Counted from the stretch's first letter, positions 1-13,153 are shown. The stretch: 64,000 nucleotides of DNA from Octopus sinensis (GCF_006345805.1 NC_043007.1:51646001-51710000), one strand, 5' to 3'. A program made the numbers and translations. Notes: generated from the letters alone by a model not told the origin.

Positions 1-1108
1 CTAGATCGTATGTAGAAAGGATTTTCACTAAGAAAATAGCAATAGTGTAGGATGTCCATTTTTTTTTAACGGTCGCCTATTCAGGCCATAAGTTTGTAAT
101 CTGTACGGTCGACCCAGATAAGACGCGTAAGTTAGGACCCAGGTACTGGAAGCTGAACATGCCGTTTCCTGCACGTAAGGCTAACGGGGACCGGATCAAC
201 AATTTAGTTAAGCAGAAGTTGACAAGGGGAGTCGTCAGCAACAGGTGGTGGACGGCTCTCAAAAGAGAGATTAGAGTAATATCGATAGGGTTTAGCAAGA
301 CGAGGCGATTTGTAGTGACGTTGAAACCGACGTGCTAGCAGCAAGAGTGGCATTAGACCAGTTCTTCAATGCAAAACATGAAGGTTGCATTGTCAGAGCT
401 AAATCGCATACTCTAAGGAACGAGGGGACTAAATCTGTTCAAAGGACCCGCATGGCGGAGGCGCATCGTGATAAGGAAAACGCAATTCGGTCTTTGCTTG
501 ACCGAGACGGACACGAGCTGAGCGATTCCAGGCAGATATGCGTGGCTTTTCGCCAGCACTTTGCTCGGTTGTTCGGTGAGAGCGGCGGTGCGGAGATGGT
601 AGCGGACTTCAGTCTCTACCTCGACGGCTTACTGCGTCTTTCGACGGCCGACGCTGAGCGCTATAAAAAGCAGATAACTTCAGCTGAAATCCAGGATGCC
701 CTTGTTTGCTACACGAGACGCAAATCACCTGGTTTAGATGGTCTGCCCTATGAGCATTATGTAAATATGCCAGACTTATGCTCCGATCTCCTCGAAGTGC
801 TCTACTGCAACTGTCAGTAGAACGGGAATATTCCCAGTTCTGTGAGTCGGGGCGTGGTGATGCAAACAAGAGGGACACATTAGATAACTTCAGGCCCATA
901 ATCTGCTTCACACAGAGTTTAATATTTTGGCCAAGGTATTAGCGAAAAGGTTGGCGCTCGTCGTCGAGGATTTGGTAGGGGAGACGCAAACCTGCGCAAT
1001 CCCGACTAGGTCCATACACGACAACTTCCGCCTCATGTGATTCATCATAGAAAGGGTAGGGTGTAAACGTGGCTTCGGTGGGGCGCTGATCAATTTAGAT
1101 CAAGCATT
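1..1108 (+). mobile_element. Tx1/L1-clade non-LTR retrotransposon ORF2 fragment (end of APE endonuclease to start of RT), degraded
   Basis: Translation gives YSGHKFV..GPRYWKLN (APE end), KSPGLDGLPYEHY (ORF 332-820), DNFRPI, KVLAKRLALV..QTCAIPTRSIHDN and ALINLDQAF; stops and frameshifts present. Confidence 0.85.
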
Positions 1109-1119
1109 CATAGGTTCTT

Positions 1120-1770
1120 AATGACGTCTTTTTATGTCCCATGTGGAAAATTTTAATCGTTTTACCATAATTCTATCAATGGTTCACTGTTATCTTTTCC
1201 TTTCTGACACAGTAGAACGATGGTTAAATCAGCTGTCCTTAATACATCTATAAATTTTTAACCTCTTTCTAATGAAATATTTCCATCTATACTTCGTTTC
1301 AACTCTCCAGTCGTCATCAGGTGTAATACTTCTGGCCGTCAATAGAATACTGGAGTTGATTGATCTAGAAATTTTTCTTCTAAATTAACGTTCTCAACAA
1401 CAATATGAATAGTTCGAATCCAGTCGAGTTGCATACATGTTCAGGAATAAAACACCTTATACAAAAGGAGTACAAACTGATTGAAAGATAATGTAGAATG
1501 TAGATGTAAATATTCAGAGACTGAGATTAATAATCAGAGAAAATGTAATTGTATATTTATGACCGGTTTATCCAAAATACTCATCTGTTTTTAAACACGA
1601 CGGAATAAAATTTGAAGAGGATTTGGCAATTATTTTTAGCAGATCAATAGCTCTAGGTATAGGTTACATCGTTGCCACTATTGTAGCTTCATATCTCACA
1701 AACATTGACTCTTCTCTCCAATGGGACCGATAAATTAGACTTAAGCCACTGTTATGAATTGGATTCATTC
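1120..1770 (-). mobile_element. Penelope-like element 3' remnant with hammerhead-like motif
   Basis: Minus strand reads QRCNLYLE (resembles the KRCNLCLxEK tail of Penelope GIY-YIG domains), followed by CTGATGA-CGAC-TGGAGA-GTT-GAAAC at 1296-1320. Confidence 0.5.
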
Positions 1771-1776
1771 TCTAAA

Positions 1777-2870
1777 CTAGCTTAAGGTGACCCGCTCTAC
1801 GCGCGGGTGAGGGTGTGGTTGTTAATTTAGTTGCTCCCTTTCTGTTTCTTATCGCCACATTCTCCCTCTTCGTTTCTCTCTCCTTTCTCTCTCACTTTCC
1901 CACTCTCTTACTCTTCTTTTCTCTCGGACTCTCTCTCGCTTTCTCTTACTCTCTATCTATCTATCTTTCTCCCATTTATTAAAAACAAAAGATCTTGAGT
2001 AAGTTGAGAAAGAAAATATTTAGAAAGATCAATCATAAATATCAGGCAGTGACAACGGAAAGTACACTTGCCTTTTGTACGTGCCACTATTTGAGCGATT
2101 AAAAATAAAGAAAAAAGGCTTTCGTTGTTAAATTTAGTACTTATTTTGGGAATTTTTCGACGATTGACCATGTAAAGGAAATCGCTAAACAAGCGCTACA
2201 TGCAGCTGTAAAGGATAAAAAATAAAAGACAAAAATACGTAAAAAGGAGAAATTAAGCCTTACCTTAATTTTCATAATTTCGAACCCATTTACCGCGCTT
2301 AAATTACAAATCCTCTTCCACTTTACCATGTTGAAAATTTGATTGAAATCGGGCAAAAGCTGTCCAATCTAGACCCCCAAGTGTCCCCAAAAATCAAGAA
2401 AATCCCCGTTTTCACACCAAAGCAACCACTGTAGCGCCCCAAAACGTCTTCCAATCAATTTCTCACTTCAAGTTACCCACTCCTGTAAATTTTAATCCTC
2501 TTCCAGCTCCACTTAGACCCCTTTTTACATAAAAATCCAATTTTTATCAACGTCCCCCTTCTTCACTTCATAGATTAGATTAAAGATAACCGCCTCTGCA
2601 GCAACACAAAAAGCCACCATTATTCAAACAGCGCAACCTGTCTATCCCATAAGACTCAATTTTTCCCATATTCCTCACCATGGCAACCAAACGGTAGTCC
2701 TAAGCGAATTGCAGCCTTCTCACACCATTGCCCACCCTATTTTACCCCCCCAGTGTAAATTTTGGCGCCAATCCGACCCCATCTACCGCCCTTTAAACCG
2801 TTCCCATCCCAAAATGAGACAAATAACCAAGAAATCAAACATTTTCGTATTTCAGCTTTATAGATATTGA
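1777..2870 (-). mobile_element. Non-autonomous Helitron, family A
   Basis: Minus strand starts A^TCAATATCTATAAAG and ends with hairpin ACCCGC-GCGTAGA-GCGGGT then CTAG^T; ends and interior match 61379-62874. Confidence 0.75.
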
Positions 2871-3034
2871 TTATATATATATACATATAATAATAAGCAT
2901 AATTAAATCTCAGAATGAGATTAAAACAGTAATCGCTCGATAATGTAAAGTATAGAAGCCATCTTATCATGGCTAACCACATTGGGGAGGGGGTGTTACT
3001 GTAGCTTTATAGCCCCAAGAGATCGTCGTCTCTT

Positions 3035-4650
3035 AGGGAATAAATCCAAACTTACAGGGAAAAATTAGATTTAGGATTAAATCCAATTTTATAGTATAAA
3101 TATATTATATTATATTATATTAAATTAGAGATAAAACCACTATTAGGCAAATCAAACAGTGAAAAACATAAGCCAATACATAAAATTAATTTAAAAAATA
3201 AAAATTAAAAATTAAAAAATTATTTAAATAATTTAAACTTATAAATTTTAAATATATATATATACAAATATATATATATGTATATATGTATGTATATCTT
3301 TATATTTATATATTATTTTATTTATTAATTAATTTATTTATTTATTTGTTTTATATATAAATATCAAAAGTATTAAAAGTTTAATAAAAGATAAAGAGTA
3401 AAACACTACGATCGTTTCATGGCTGTACCAATTCGAATAACAATAATTTAAATTCAATTAATAATTCGAGTTGTGGTTACAGTCAATCTTGAAGTTAATT
3501 GAAATATTTTTAAAATAATTAGAAATATTTAAACAATATTTTAAAGATATAAATAATATAATAATTTTACTTATAATAAACTCTATTATCAAACTAGAAT
3601 CTTAAAACTTAACAATTATTATTATATCAAAATCGATTATAATGTTAAATATTAATTTTAATTTATAAGGTAAGAAACCCACCAATAATCTAATATCGGT
3701 AATAGTCTATATCTAATTACATAAATATTTTTTTAAATATATATATATACTATATATAAATTATCAATGAAAATATATAAATGTATATAAATATTATAAT
3801 TAAGATCTAAAATAATCTCTATAAATAAATATATATGCACATATAATAAAGACCTAATAAATTAATTTTTCATATTTAAAGATGAAATAGCTAATTTCAA
3901 AAGTACAAACAAATAAACTTAAACGAACTTTCGGAAATCTTATTTAAAATACTTATAGAAATAATCAATTCGTAGTTATATAGTATCGAATATATTTATC
4001 AATGGGAATATACTAGCGAATATCAATTTAAAAAGACAATAACTAAGTTATGCTATTAAGTTAGACATGGCCTGGACCAATCGTTGGTCGAAACATATCT
4101 AAGTTTATCTAAGTTTATCTAATTTTAATTATAAGAAATTTAAAACTACAATTAATACTATTAATACATGTATATACAAAAACCTAACTTTAAACAACTC
4201 GTATACTTGCTATCAAACAACAAATCTATCGCTAAGTAATATCTTACGAATAAACTTAAATTTAATATCTAATAATATAGAAAATTACGATAATTAGATC
4301 ATTACATAAACAACGATATTTACATAAGAAAAATATTATTACACCAAAGACTTATAAAATATTAAAATTTACAATTTAAAGATCTTAAATATAAATAAAT
4401 ACTTATCTTAGCGAGGTTTTGTAATGAACTAAAATTTTGAATCGAAAACGTCTTTACAGCGTTTATAAGAATACTCATGGAATTACGTTATTAGCAAAAA
4501 AAGAATAAATTGTTGAAGAATTCATTAAGCGTGAGGAACAAATACGCTTTATCAATGAAGATTGTGAATGGGAACATTAATGGTTTATCAATAAGTGTAA
4601 ATAGAATTCACTCACAAATAAAGAATAAAATCACTCTATACACATTATAT
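3035..4650. repeat. Very AT-rich dispersed repeat family (possibly Penelope-derived)
   Basis: Blocks such as aaattagagataaaaccactatta.gcaaatcaaacagtgaaaaacataa and aaaacgtcttt..agcgtttataagaatactcatggaattacgttatta recur in 13875-16215. Confidence 0.6.
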
Positions 4651-4660
4651 ATATATTTAT

Positions 4661-4696
<36 letters not shown>

Positions 4697-4753
4697 GTGT
4701 GTGTGTGTGTGTGTGTATAAATATATAATGTGTATACATATATATATATATAA

Positions 4754-4794
4754 TCAATATCTATAAAGCTGAAATACGAAAATGTACATATATA
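4754..4794 (+). mobile_element. Helitron family A 5' stub
   Basis: atcaatatctataaagctgaaatacgaaaatg is the exact reverse complement of 2840-2871. Confidence 0.55.
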
Positions 4795-5214
4795 TATATA
4801 TATATATTAACACAATATATCTGATTAATAATATCTGTTATAATTGTGCGGTGGTGGTGTGTGATAATAATTCACCGTTCTAAAAGACCTGTAGCGGAAA
4901 TATTTAGACTTTTGCGGCTCTCAACGCTTTCTCTCTATAGATACAGACAGGCGTACAGTGAGAGAGGTGATAGGAGAAAGAGTGACAGAGAGACGGCGAA
5001 GGCGGAGAGGGAATGAGAGTGGATGCTGTCAGACGTCTTTATAGAGAGAAATTGAAGGGAAAGAAGGAAAGAGAGAGATCGAGGAAGACAGGGTGATATC
5101 CGAAAGAGAGAAACGACAAACACTTGTCAAAGTCTGGGTTTTGTTGCCCTAGTAACCACAGCGTTTGAGGTAGGGGTTCCTAACATAGTCCAGTCGCTTC
5201 CTCGCCTCTTTTTA

Positions 5215-5342
5215 CATGTCCCTGTAAATTTTGGCGCCAATCCGACCCCATCTACCGGCCCTTAAACCGTTCCCATCCCCAAATGAGACAAACAACCAAG
5301 AAATCAAACAACTTTTTCGCATTTCAACTTTATAGATATTGA
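5215..5342 (-). mobile_element. Helitron family A 5' fragment
   Basis: Closely similar to about 2750-2871 (ttggcgccaatccgaccccatctacc...tatagatattgat). Confidence 0.65.
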
Positions 5343-5705
5343 TTTGCTCAACTCTACCGTACAGTCTCGCAATAGATGTGAGGGAATAGTTTTGTTGTAA
5401 CCGACTGCGCATATTTTCTGTCGTTTAATAATCAAAGTTTGAAGTAGTTTTGTTGTTCTCCTCTAACTAGAATATATTTAGTCACCCAAATTAAAAGGAA
5501 AAGGCAAAAGAAAATACATTTTTAGGAGAATACAATAGTTTCATTGATGATGAAACAGAAAAATTTGTTTTTGGCGAAGAATTCTTTCGAGTCTATCCCG
5601 GAACAACAAAATAAAACTAAGAAACTAGTTCTAGTATCAAATGCAAAAACCAGCGAACAATTGGCCATAGAGATTCGATTGTTGACTAACATTTCAGCTT
5701 TAAAA

Positions 5706-5826
5706 TTTCATCATCGTCGCTGTCATCATCATTATCTTCATTACCATCATCACCATCATCATCATTATCGTCGTCGTCGTCGTCGTCATAGTCGTCATTA
5801 TTGTCATCATCATCGTCATCATCATA
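5706..5826. repeat. Compound (CAT)n/(CGT)n microsatellite
   Basis: Direct reading; source of the His/Arg runs in ORF 5544-5981. Confidence 0.9.
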
Positions 5827-6390
5827 TTTCTCATCTACTTCTTTTCGTCTTCTCCCCTATTCTGCCACCTCTTCTACTTATCTCAACTAACGAAAATCAA
5901 TACCACTATCACATACAGCGTTGTTTCCATAGAGATTTGAATTTCTCAACTCCCAAGAGTAAACAAGGAGGGATTATTTGAGCTTTTCCTTTTTTCTTTT
6001 TTTAATTTACAATTTGCTGTTTGTTGCTATTGTGAGTGAATGTGAGTATCTCTGTTTATGCATGCTTATGCATGTGTGTGTGTGTATGTGTGTGTGTGGG
6101 TGTGTCTATCTGAGGTGTCAGGTTTGATAATATCAATGAATAAATAAAAAATACAAATATCACGGAATACAAAAATGTAATGTAGAGATAAAGCAGCACA
6201 CACATAAAACAAGACATACTATACATATATTATTTATACAATATATATACACACACATACATACGCGTATAAAAATATGCATAAATACTTGTGTATATGT
6301 GAATTATTTAAGTATATGCAAGTATACATATAAATACGTGTGCACATATGTCTGTATGGACATGTGTACAAGTATATGTATATATACATA

Positions 6391-6611
6391 TTCTTTTTTT
6401 TTTATTCTTCTGCTTGTTCCAGTCATTTGACTGCGGCCATGCTGGAGCACCACCTTTAGTCGAGCAAATCTACCCTAAGACTTATTCTTTATAAGCCTAG
6501 TAATTATTCTATCGGTCTCTTTTGCCGAACCGCTATTAGACAGAGACATAAACACACCAGCATCGGTTGGCAAGCGATGTTGGGGGAACAAACACAGACA
6601 CACAAACATAT

Positions 6612-6650
<39 letters not shown>

Positions 6651-6808
6651 CGACGGGCTTCTTTCAGTTTCCATCTACCAAATCTACTCACAACGCTTTG
6701 TCGGTCTGAGGCTATAGCAGAAGACACTTGCCCAAAGTGCTACTCAGTGAGACTGAACTCGAACCATGTGGTTTGTAAGCAAGCTATTTATCGCAGAGCC
6801 ACTCCTAT
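6391..6808 (-). mobile_element. tRNA-headed SINE, family 1 (near full length)
   Basis: Reverse complement matches 46002-46426 and 12683-13041: head, central (TA)/(CA) tract, and tail gctccagcatggccgcagtcaaatgactg(a/g)aacaag. Confidence 0.85.
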
Positions 6809-6820
6809 ATATATATATAT

Positions 6821-6895
6821 ATAATTAATCAATATAGGCCGCAGGTGGCAAAAAAATTCTACAAAATTTTTTGCCACCCTATATTGATTAATTAT
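6821..6895. repeat. Short fold-back hairpin
   Basis: ataattaatcaatatag..ggtggcaaaaaaatt pairs with aattttttgccacc-ctatattgattaattat. Confidence 0.85.
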
Positions 6896-7449
6896 GAATT
6901 TTCTGGTTAATTCCGTAATGGAATCGGCGGCTTATATTTATTTGCTGCCGATAAATTTGGCGCGAGTGCGATGATTTGAAAATTTTAGGTCAGATATTGC
7001 CGAGGCAGGGAAGGGAATGCCTCGTGAAAAATATCTGTTCCGACTTGGCTATTTCTTACTGATGAATCTAAGGGCCTATGGTAGATTGGCTTGATTTAAT
7101 TTAATCAGGTTAGTTTACCATTAAACAGTAGATGAAACGGTGCATCGTATAAGAAATTACAGGGTAAATGTTTTTTAATTTTCTCCTGGTTTACGGAATT
7201 GATGTTATTTTGCGGTTAAAGCTTTTGGCTGTTATTTCTAGTGGGTGAATGGCCTATTATGGCCGTTCCTTGATTGTGATATATATATATATATATATAT
7301 TTCTTTACTACCCACAAGACATGTTCTTTATTTGGAATTGACCCAGGCATCTGCAGACCAAGCATCTATGGTGCTATTTCATGGTTTATTTTATTTTTAT
7401 TGGGAAACATTCTCATCTATACTTCAAATCAAGATACAACATTTTACAT

Positions 7450-7640
7450 TCATAGAGGGGACAAACAAGGACAGACAAAGGGATTAAGTCGATTACATCG
7501 ACCCCAGTGCGTAACTGGTACTTAATTTATCGATCCCGAAAGTATGAAAGGCAAAGTCGACCTCAGCGGAATTTGAACTCACAACGTAACGACAGACGAA
7601 ATACGGCTACACATTTCGCCCGGCGCGCTAACGTTTCTGC
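7450..7640 (-). mobile_element. SINE family 2 fragment
   Basis: aagtcgattacatcgacccc..gaaaggcaaagtcgacctc.gcggaatttgaac also occurs at 36712-37170 and, reversed, at 12572-12680. Confidence 0.75.
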
Positions 7641-8103
7641 GCACGTGCTTATTTTCGTGCATATGTGAATGTGTGTTTGTCTGTCTGCCTGTATATGTAT
7701 GCATGTGCAATAAACAAGTAATGATTTCTACAACATTCAAATGGTACGAAGTAGTAAACACTTCTAAGTGTTTATTTCTATAAATAAATTAGAAATTCTA
7801 GGGGGTTTCAAAATTTTTTTGCTGACCGATAAAAAAACTTTCTTCTCTCTAAACTCCTGAAATGCAATACGTGACTGTTTATTTCTGGTAGAAATAACAG
7901 CCATACTTATGAGGTTGAACACTTTACTTCATAACATGGTTCCGAGCTTGATCACAAAATGCCTGAATCTTCTGTTAGAGGCTGGGAATGGCCCATAGCA
8001 CTGAAATTTAGTAGACGCAAACCACGAGTTAGCCTGTAGTATATGTATATACATATATGCGTGTGTGTGTGTGTGTGTGTGTGTGTGCGTATGCATGTAT
8101 ATC

Positions 8104-8140
<37 letters not shown>

Positions 8141-8239
8141 ACAGATAGATATATATATGCTTATGTATATTTATATATGTGTGTGTTTTTATGTCTGTGT
8201 GTGTCTAAGATGTGTGTCTAAGATGCGTATATATCTCAT

Positions 8240-8460
8240 TTTATCTTTCACTTGTTTCAGCCATTGGACTGCAGCCATTGGACTGCAGCCATGCTTTGAC
8301 ACCGCATTGAGGGGTTTAGTCGGACAAATCGGCCACGGTATTTATTTTTAAGCCTGGCACTTATTCCATCGGTCCCTTTTTGCCGAACCGCAGACAATAG
8401 TGACGTAAACAATTCATCAACAGTGGTAAAGCGGTAGTGGAGGACAAACACAAAAATATG
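8240..8460 (-). mobile_element. SINE family 1, 3' half
   Basis: Shares gactgcagccatgct..ttattc.atcggtc.cttttgccgaaccgc with other copies. Confidence 0.75.
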
Positions 8461-8524
8461 CACATAGATATATAAGTATGCATACGTGTATGCATGTGTG
8501 TGTGTGTATGTGTGTGTGTGTGTG

Positions 8525-8570
<46 letters not shown>

Positions 8571-8699
8571 AAAGACAGCGAGCATATATATATCCACTGT
8601 CTGTATGTGCGTATGAGTACATGAAATCCTCATAACGAAATCTCACACAACAAACATCGATGCCTCATACAACTACAAAACCGAACAACAAACTCTCTA

Positions 8700-9100
8700 A
8701 TAATGTCGCGCAGCTCACAATTATGGTATGCGAAGCTGACGTTGCCACCACTAGTCCCACTTCCAATGCCTAACTGAATTATATTTAGATATGACGGCAA
8801 GCGCTTCAAAGATCGATATAACTACCACACTGCTACGTTCAGGCATATTGGAAAGGGAAACGTCACTAAATTATCAAGTCACATCTAGAGCTTACAAATC
8901 AGTGGCAAGGAATTTAACATAAAGTGAAAAATACTAAAACAATGCAAATCCAACATAAATGGAAAATGATGTGACACCAGCACAACTGAGAAGAGCATCA
9001 TACTCTCGAATACACTTACGACTAACATCTACTTAAATTATCATATCTGAAATGTTTAGTAAAAGAAAACATCCCAGTAAACATTTACTTCGTTAATGGA
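8700..9100 (+). mobile_element. Penelope-like element GIY-YIG endonuclease remnant
   Basis: Translation FKDRYNYHTATFRH..NVTKLSSHI*..FNIK*KILKQC..NGK*CD...TEK.II..LN...EMFSK matches the C-terminal half of Penelope GIY-YIG domains. Confidence 0.8.
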
Positions 9101-9215
9101 ATGCAATACCACTGCCTTTACTAGCCCAAACGCCAAATAAACCCACTCAGAACTTAACAGGGACAACCGAACACACTAACACCCACTTTTTTTATTTTTA
9201 ACCCATATTTCTTCC

Positions 9216-9267
<52 letters not shown>

Positions 9268-10689
9268 CTATCTATCTATATACCTATCTATCTCCCCTCT
9301 GTTCTCTCTACCCACCGCCACCAAGATTTTAACCGCCCTCATTTTCACGACATGCCCTCATCTAGACTCGACTTGGCTTTAAAAGGGTGTATTCGTAACC
9401 GTAAGCGCCGACGTATATGTGGAGGTCGTATAGACATGCCTTGTATGTGGACATCTCTGTACTATGGGTAATTATACATGGGTTTTTGATGTTGTAAGCG
9501 GTTACACAGGCAATTTTAAGTGTGTTTAATCACACCACATATACAGGGAATATATACTAATGATATTTAATAACATTACCTCTGTGCATACAATGTATTT
9601 TGGAATGTAAATTCCTAAACGGACAAAGATGTATCAGGGAATTCGCTGATATATGTATATATATATATATGTGTATGTACGTGTGTGCGCGACTAGATGT
9701 ATATGTAAGGGTGTTTGTATATGTGCATGTAAAGGGAAATGACATCTATAAGTGCATGTATGTGTGTATGAATATGTAAATTGATGGCATCAGTATGTAC
9801 GATGTATGTGTGTATGCCGACCTATGCATGATTGCATGCATAAATACATCCCATAAAATATGCACTATTTATACAGATACTCGAATCAACCATGTATTTC
9901 TATGTGTGCGGGATATGAACGTGAGTGCATTTATTCATTATATACAGCCCTCCATAATTTCATAACTTTAAACCAAACGAGAAAATAATTTACCCCCATC
10001 TCCCTTATGATTACGTTCCTTGGACAATAACGACCTCGTTTTCAGTCATTAATAAATAGAAATGGCGATACCACACAAACAGTGAAACTAGAAGCACATC
10101 AAATATATAGTTGAATTGCTTATATCTTTTATGTACTGACTAATTTTATGTACTGACTAATACAACAGGGAAAGTAAAGAAGCCTGCTCTAAAGGTAAAC
10201 AAGGACTACTTGATGCTGTTAAAGCTTGCTAACGGACTCATTCTATCAGCTTTTGGAGATTACCCTCTTTTTCAAAATTTTATTTCTGTTGCTTTTTTTG
10301 TTAGTGAATGTAATTCTAAACATGCCTAAAAAGACAAGGGGACAACAGTTGGAATGCTGGAATGCATTTTATCATTAAGTATACTTGGTCGTAAACTACA
10401 ACGACTGTGTGCCAATGACAAACTTCCTCATCAAGATCAGAAAATACTTTGATTACAGGTTTGCTTTATGAGAGCTGAGTGGAAGCTAGATAAGAACAGT
10501 CATTTTGATCAATGCTCTGGTGGATAAGAGCTACCTTAGTGTTATACAGTTGAACAGCTCCTGAATCACTGCGAAATTCCAGCGATAACTAAATAGGATT
10601 ATCGCTGCATCATGTGGAGCAAATTAACTGATCCAAACTGGATCCAAATAAATCGTATTCACCAATATACTTCCAGCTCTTGTGCACAG

Positions 10690-11252
10690 GCGAGATGCCA
10701 TCTTACTTTGTCTATTGTATCGCTTCTAAAACGGTATCTGCATTCCAACCTAACAACCTGACATACCTGCTTCACCTCTCGCTATACTGCGTCTCATCTT
10801 TCAGGACCCACACTCGCCCCATAGTCTCTCCCTTTCTCCACAGACCTTTATTCATCTGGAACTCCTTTCTCAAGCCCACTTTTCCTGCAGAACACCGTAG
10901 TGTCATTTTTACCAGTCTCGCTCCACTTGACTATATCTAAAACGAGAATAAAATATTTCGTTTTTGGATTTGGTTTGCAATATTCTTTATATGAGTTCGT
11001 GTGTTGAAGCATATTCTGTTGTGTCTGGGGAGAGTCATTTTCTTTTTGTGCCTTATAATTTAACATACTCACCGGTAAAATTTCCACTTATTTCTTATTT
11101 CTATTTTCCTAAAATTTGCGTCTTGACTATTGAAAAGGTTGCAAGACGCAACGAAAATTTTAGGAAAATAAAAATAAGAAATAAGTGGAAATTATACCGG
11201 CGTGTGTGTTAAATTATAAGGCACAAAAAGAAAATGACTCTCCCCAAACACA
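10690..11252 (+). mobile_element. Penelope-like 3' end followed by a fold-back terminal repeat
   Basis: FVYCI..SAFQPNN..RLIF resembles a Penelope GIY-YIG tail; 11020-11252 is a palindrome with about 95-bp arms whose loop holds GTTGC-AAGAC-GCAAC-GAAA. Confidence 0.6.
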
Positions 11253-11325
11253 AAAGAATAAAATACAAGTAACTGAAGACACATGCTCTCACCCTCTCTT
11301 TCCCTGTCCCTTTTTCTCCCTCCCT

Positions 11326-11399
<74 letters not shown>

Positions 11400-11914
11400 G
11401 CACACACACATACACACACTAACACGGTCCGAAACAAATATATCAACACACCGCCATTTTCGGTGCGATGGTGACAGTTCCACATACTCTATACCCTACA
11501 CGCCCTTTTCATGAGCAAGCTGCTACCATTTTACAAATGGACCCAAACAAAAGTTCAAAGACGCGTCACCTTGAGCTTTATTCGTTTTCTGCTGTTCTTT
11601 AAATAGATTTTTTAATATAAATTTTTATATTTTTCTTTTGTTATTGTGTTGTTTACTATTGAAATAGATTATTTACAAAAGCTGACGGGATAGCTATTGT
11701 ATTACGCCATATTTGTGTATCATCAGTGAGGTTGTGATCTGTTTATCTAGAAGTGAGATGAGACAGGGCTGTATGTGATTAAGTTGACATTGTTAATATA
11801 TGGCCAACGACCAATGAAGCATGCCGGACCTTTCTCGTAATAAGATACTTCTTTTCTTTTTGTTAGCTGCAGTTCACTCATTCACTTATTTTCTCTCCTT
11901 CTCCTCCCCTATCT

Positions 11915-12320
11915 CTTCTTCTTCTTCTTCTTCTTCTTCTTCTGCTTCTTCTTCTACTGCCTCTTCTTTTTTTTTTCTTCTTCTTCTTCTGCTTCTTCTT
12001 CTACTGCTTCTTTTTCTTCTTCTTCTTCTGCTTCTTCTTCTACTGCTTCTTCTTTTTTTCTTCTTCTTCTGCTTCTTCTTCTACTGCTTCTTCTTTTTTT
12101 CTTCTTCTTCTTCTGCTTCTTCTTCTACTGCTTCTTCTTTTTTTCTTCTTCTTCTTCTGCTTCTTCTTCTACTGCTTCTTCTTTTTTCTTCTTCTTCTTC
12201 TGCTTCTTCTTCTACTGCTTCTTCTTTTTTCTTCTTCTTCTTCTGCTTCTTCTTCTTTTTTTCTTCTTCTTCTTCTTCTTCTTCTTCTTCTTCTTCTTCT
12301 TCTTCTTCTTCTCCTCCTCC
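11915..12320. repeat. (CTT)n microsatellite with higher-order unit of about 40-45 bp
   Basis: Seven copies of ctgcttcttcttctactgc.tcttc-tttttt-cttcttc. Confidence 0.85.
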
Positions 12321-12571
12321 TCCTTTTCCTTTTATTCTTTTTATGCTTTTTCTTATTTTTCCTTTTCTTTTTTCTTCTTATTTTACTTCTTTTTTCCTCT
12401 TCTTTTTGTCTTCTCTTTCTTCTCTCTCTTCTACTTCCTCTTCTTTTTTGTTTTCTTCTTCCTCTCTCTCCCTCTATCCATCTATCTATAGCTATAACTT
12501 TATTCTTTCAGATACTCGTTACATGTGTATAGCCTTACTATGTATGTCTATATATTTAATTATGCATATTA

Positions 12572-12680
12572 AAGGCAGTGAGCTGGCAGAATCGTTAAAC
12601 ACACCAGGCTAAATGCTTAGCGGTATTTCGTCCGTCTTTACGTTCTGAGTTCAAATTGCGCCGAGGTCAACTTCTCCTTT
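12572..12680 (+). mobile_element. SINE family 2 head
   Basis: aaaggcagtgagctggcagaatcgtta...gagttcaaatt.cgccgaggtc with A-box and B-box-like motifs. Confidence 0.75.
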
Positions 12681-12682
12681 AC

Positions 12683-13041
12683 AGACGCAGGCGTGGTTAT
12701 GCGGTAAGAAGCTTGTTTCTTAAACACATGGTTCCGGGTTCTAGCCCACTATGTGTCATAGTGGGCAAGTATCTTCTACTATAGTCTCAAGCCGATCAAA
12801 TCCTTCTGAGTGGATTTGGCAGATAGAAACTGAAACAAGCCGGTCGTATGTATGTATATATATTTATGTGTCTGTGTTTGTCCCCACACCATCGCTTGAC
12901 AACCGCTGATGGTGTGTTTACGTCCCCATAGTTTGACAGTTTGGCAAAAGAGACTGATAGAATAAGAACTAGGCCCACAAAGAATAAATGCAAAGATGAG
13001 TTCTACGAATGAAAACTCTTCAAGGCTGTGCTCCAGCATGG
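12683..13041 (+). mobile_element. SINE family 1 lacking its last about 40 bp
   Basis: Colinear with 46002-46426 up to gtgctccagcatgg, then switches to (TA)n. Confidence 0.8.
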
Positions 13042-13073
13042 TTACATATATATAATATATATATATATTATAT

Positions 13074-13105
<32 letters not shown>

Positions 13106-13153
13106 GATATATATATACATTATATATATATATGTGTGTGTGTGGTGTGTGTG

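Noticed and set aside
1575-1735. Plus-strand hydrophobic frame DGIKFEEDLAIIFSRSIALGIGYIVATIV as a possible membrane-protein exon
   Set aside because: No convincing splice sites, and the opposite strand fits a Penelope tail.
4065-4098. GACCAA-TCG-TTGGTC-GAAAC as a hammerhead
   Set aside because: Stem II and GAAAC are present but the CUGANGA half of the core is missing; at best a relic.
7055-7100. CTGATGA followed by an ATCTA/TAGAT stem as a hammerhead
   Set aside because: No GAAA follows the stem.
11821-12612. 263-aa Ser/Leu/Phe-rich ORF
   Set aside because: Frame held open by the (CTT)n repeat; no domain content.
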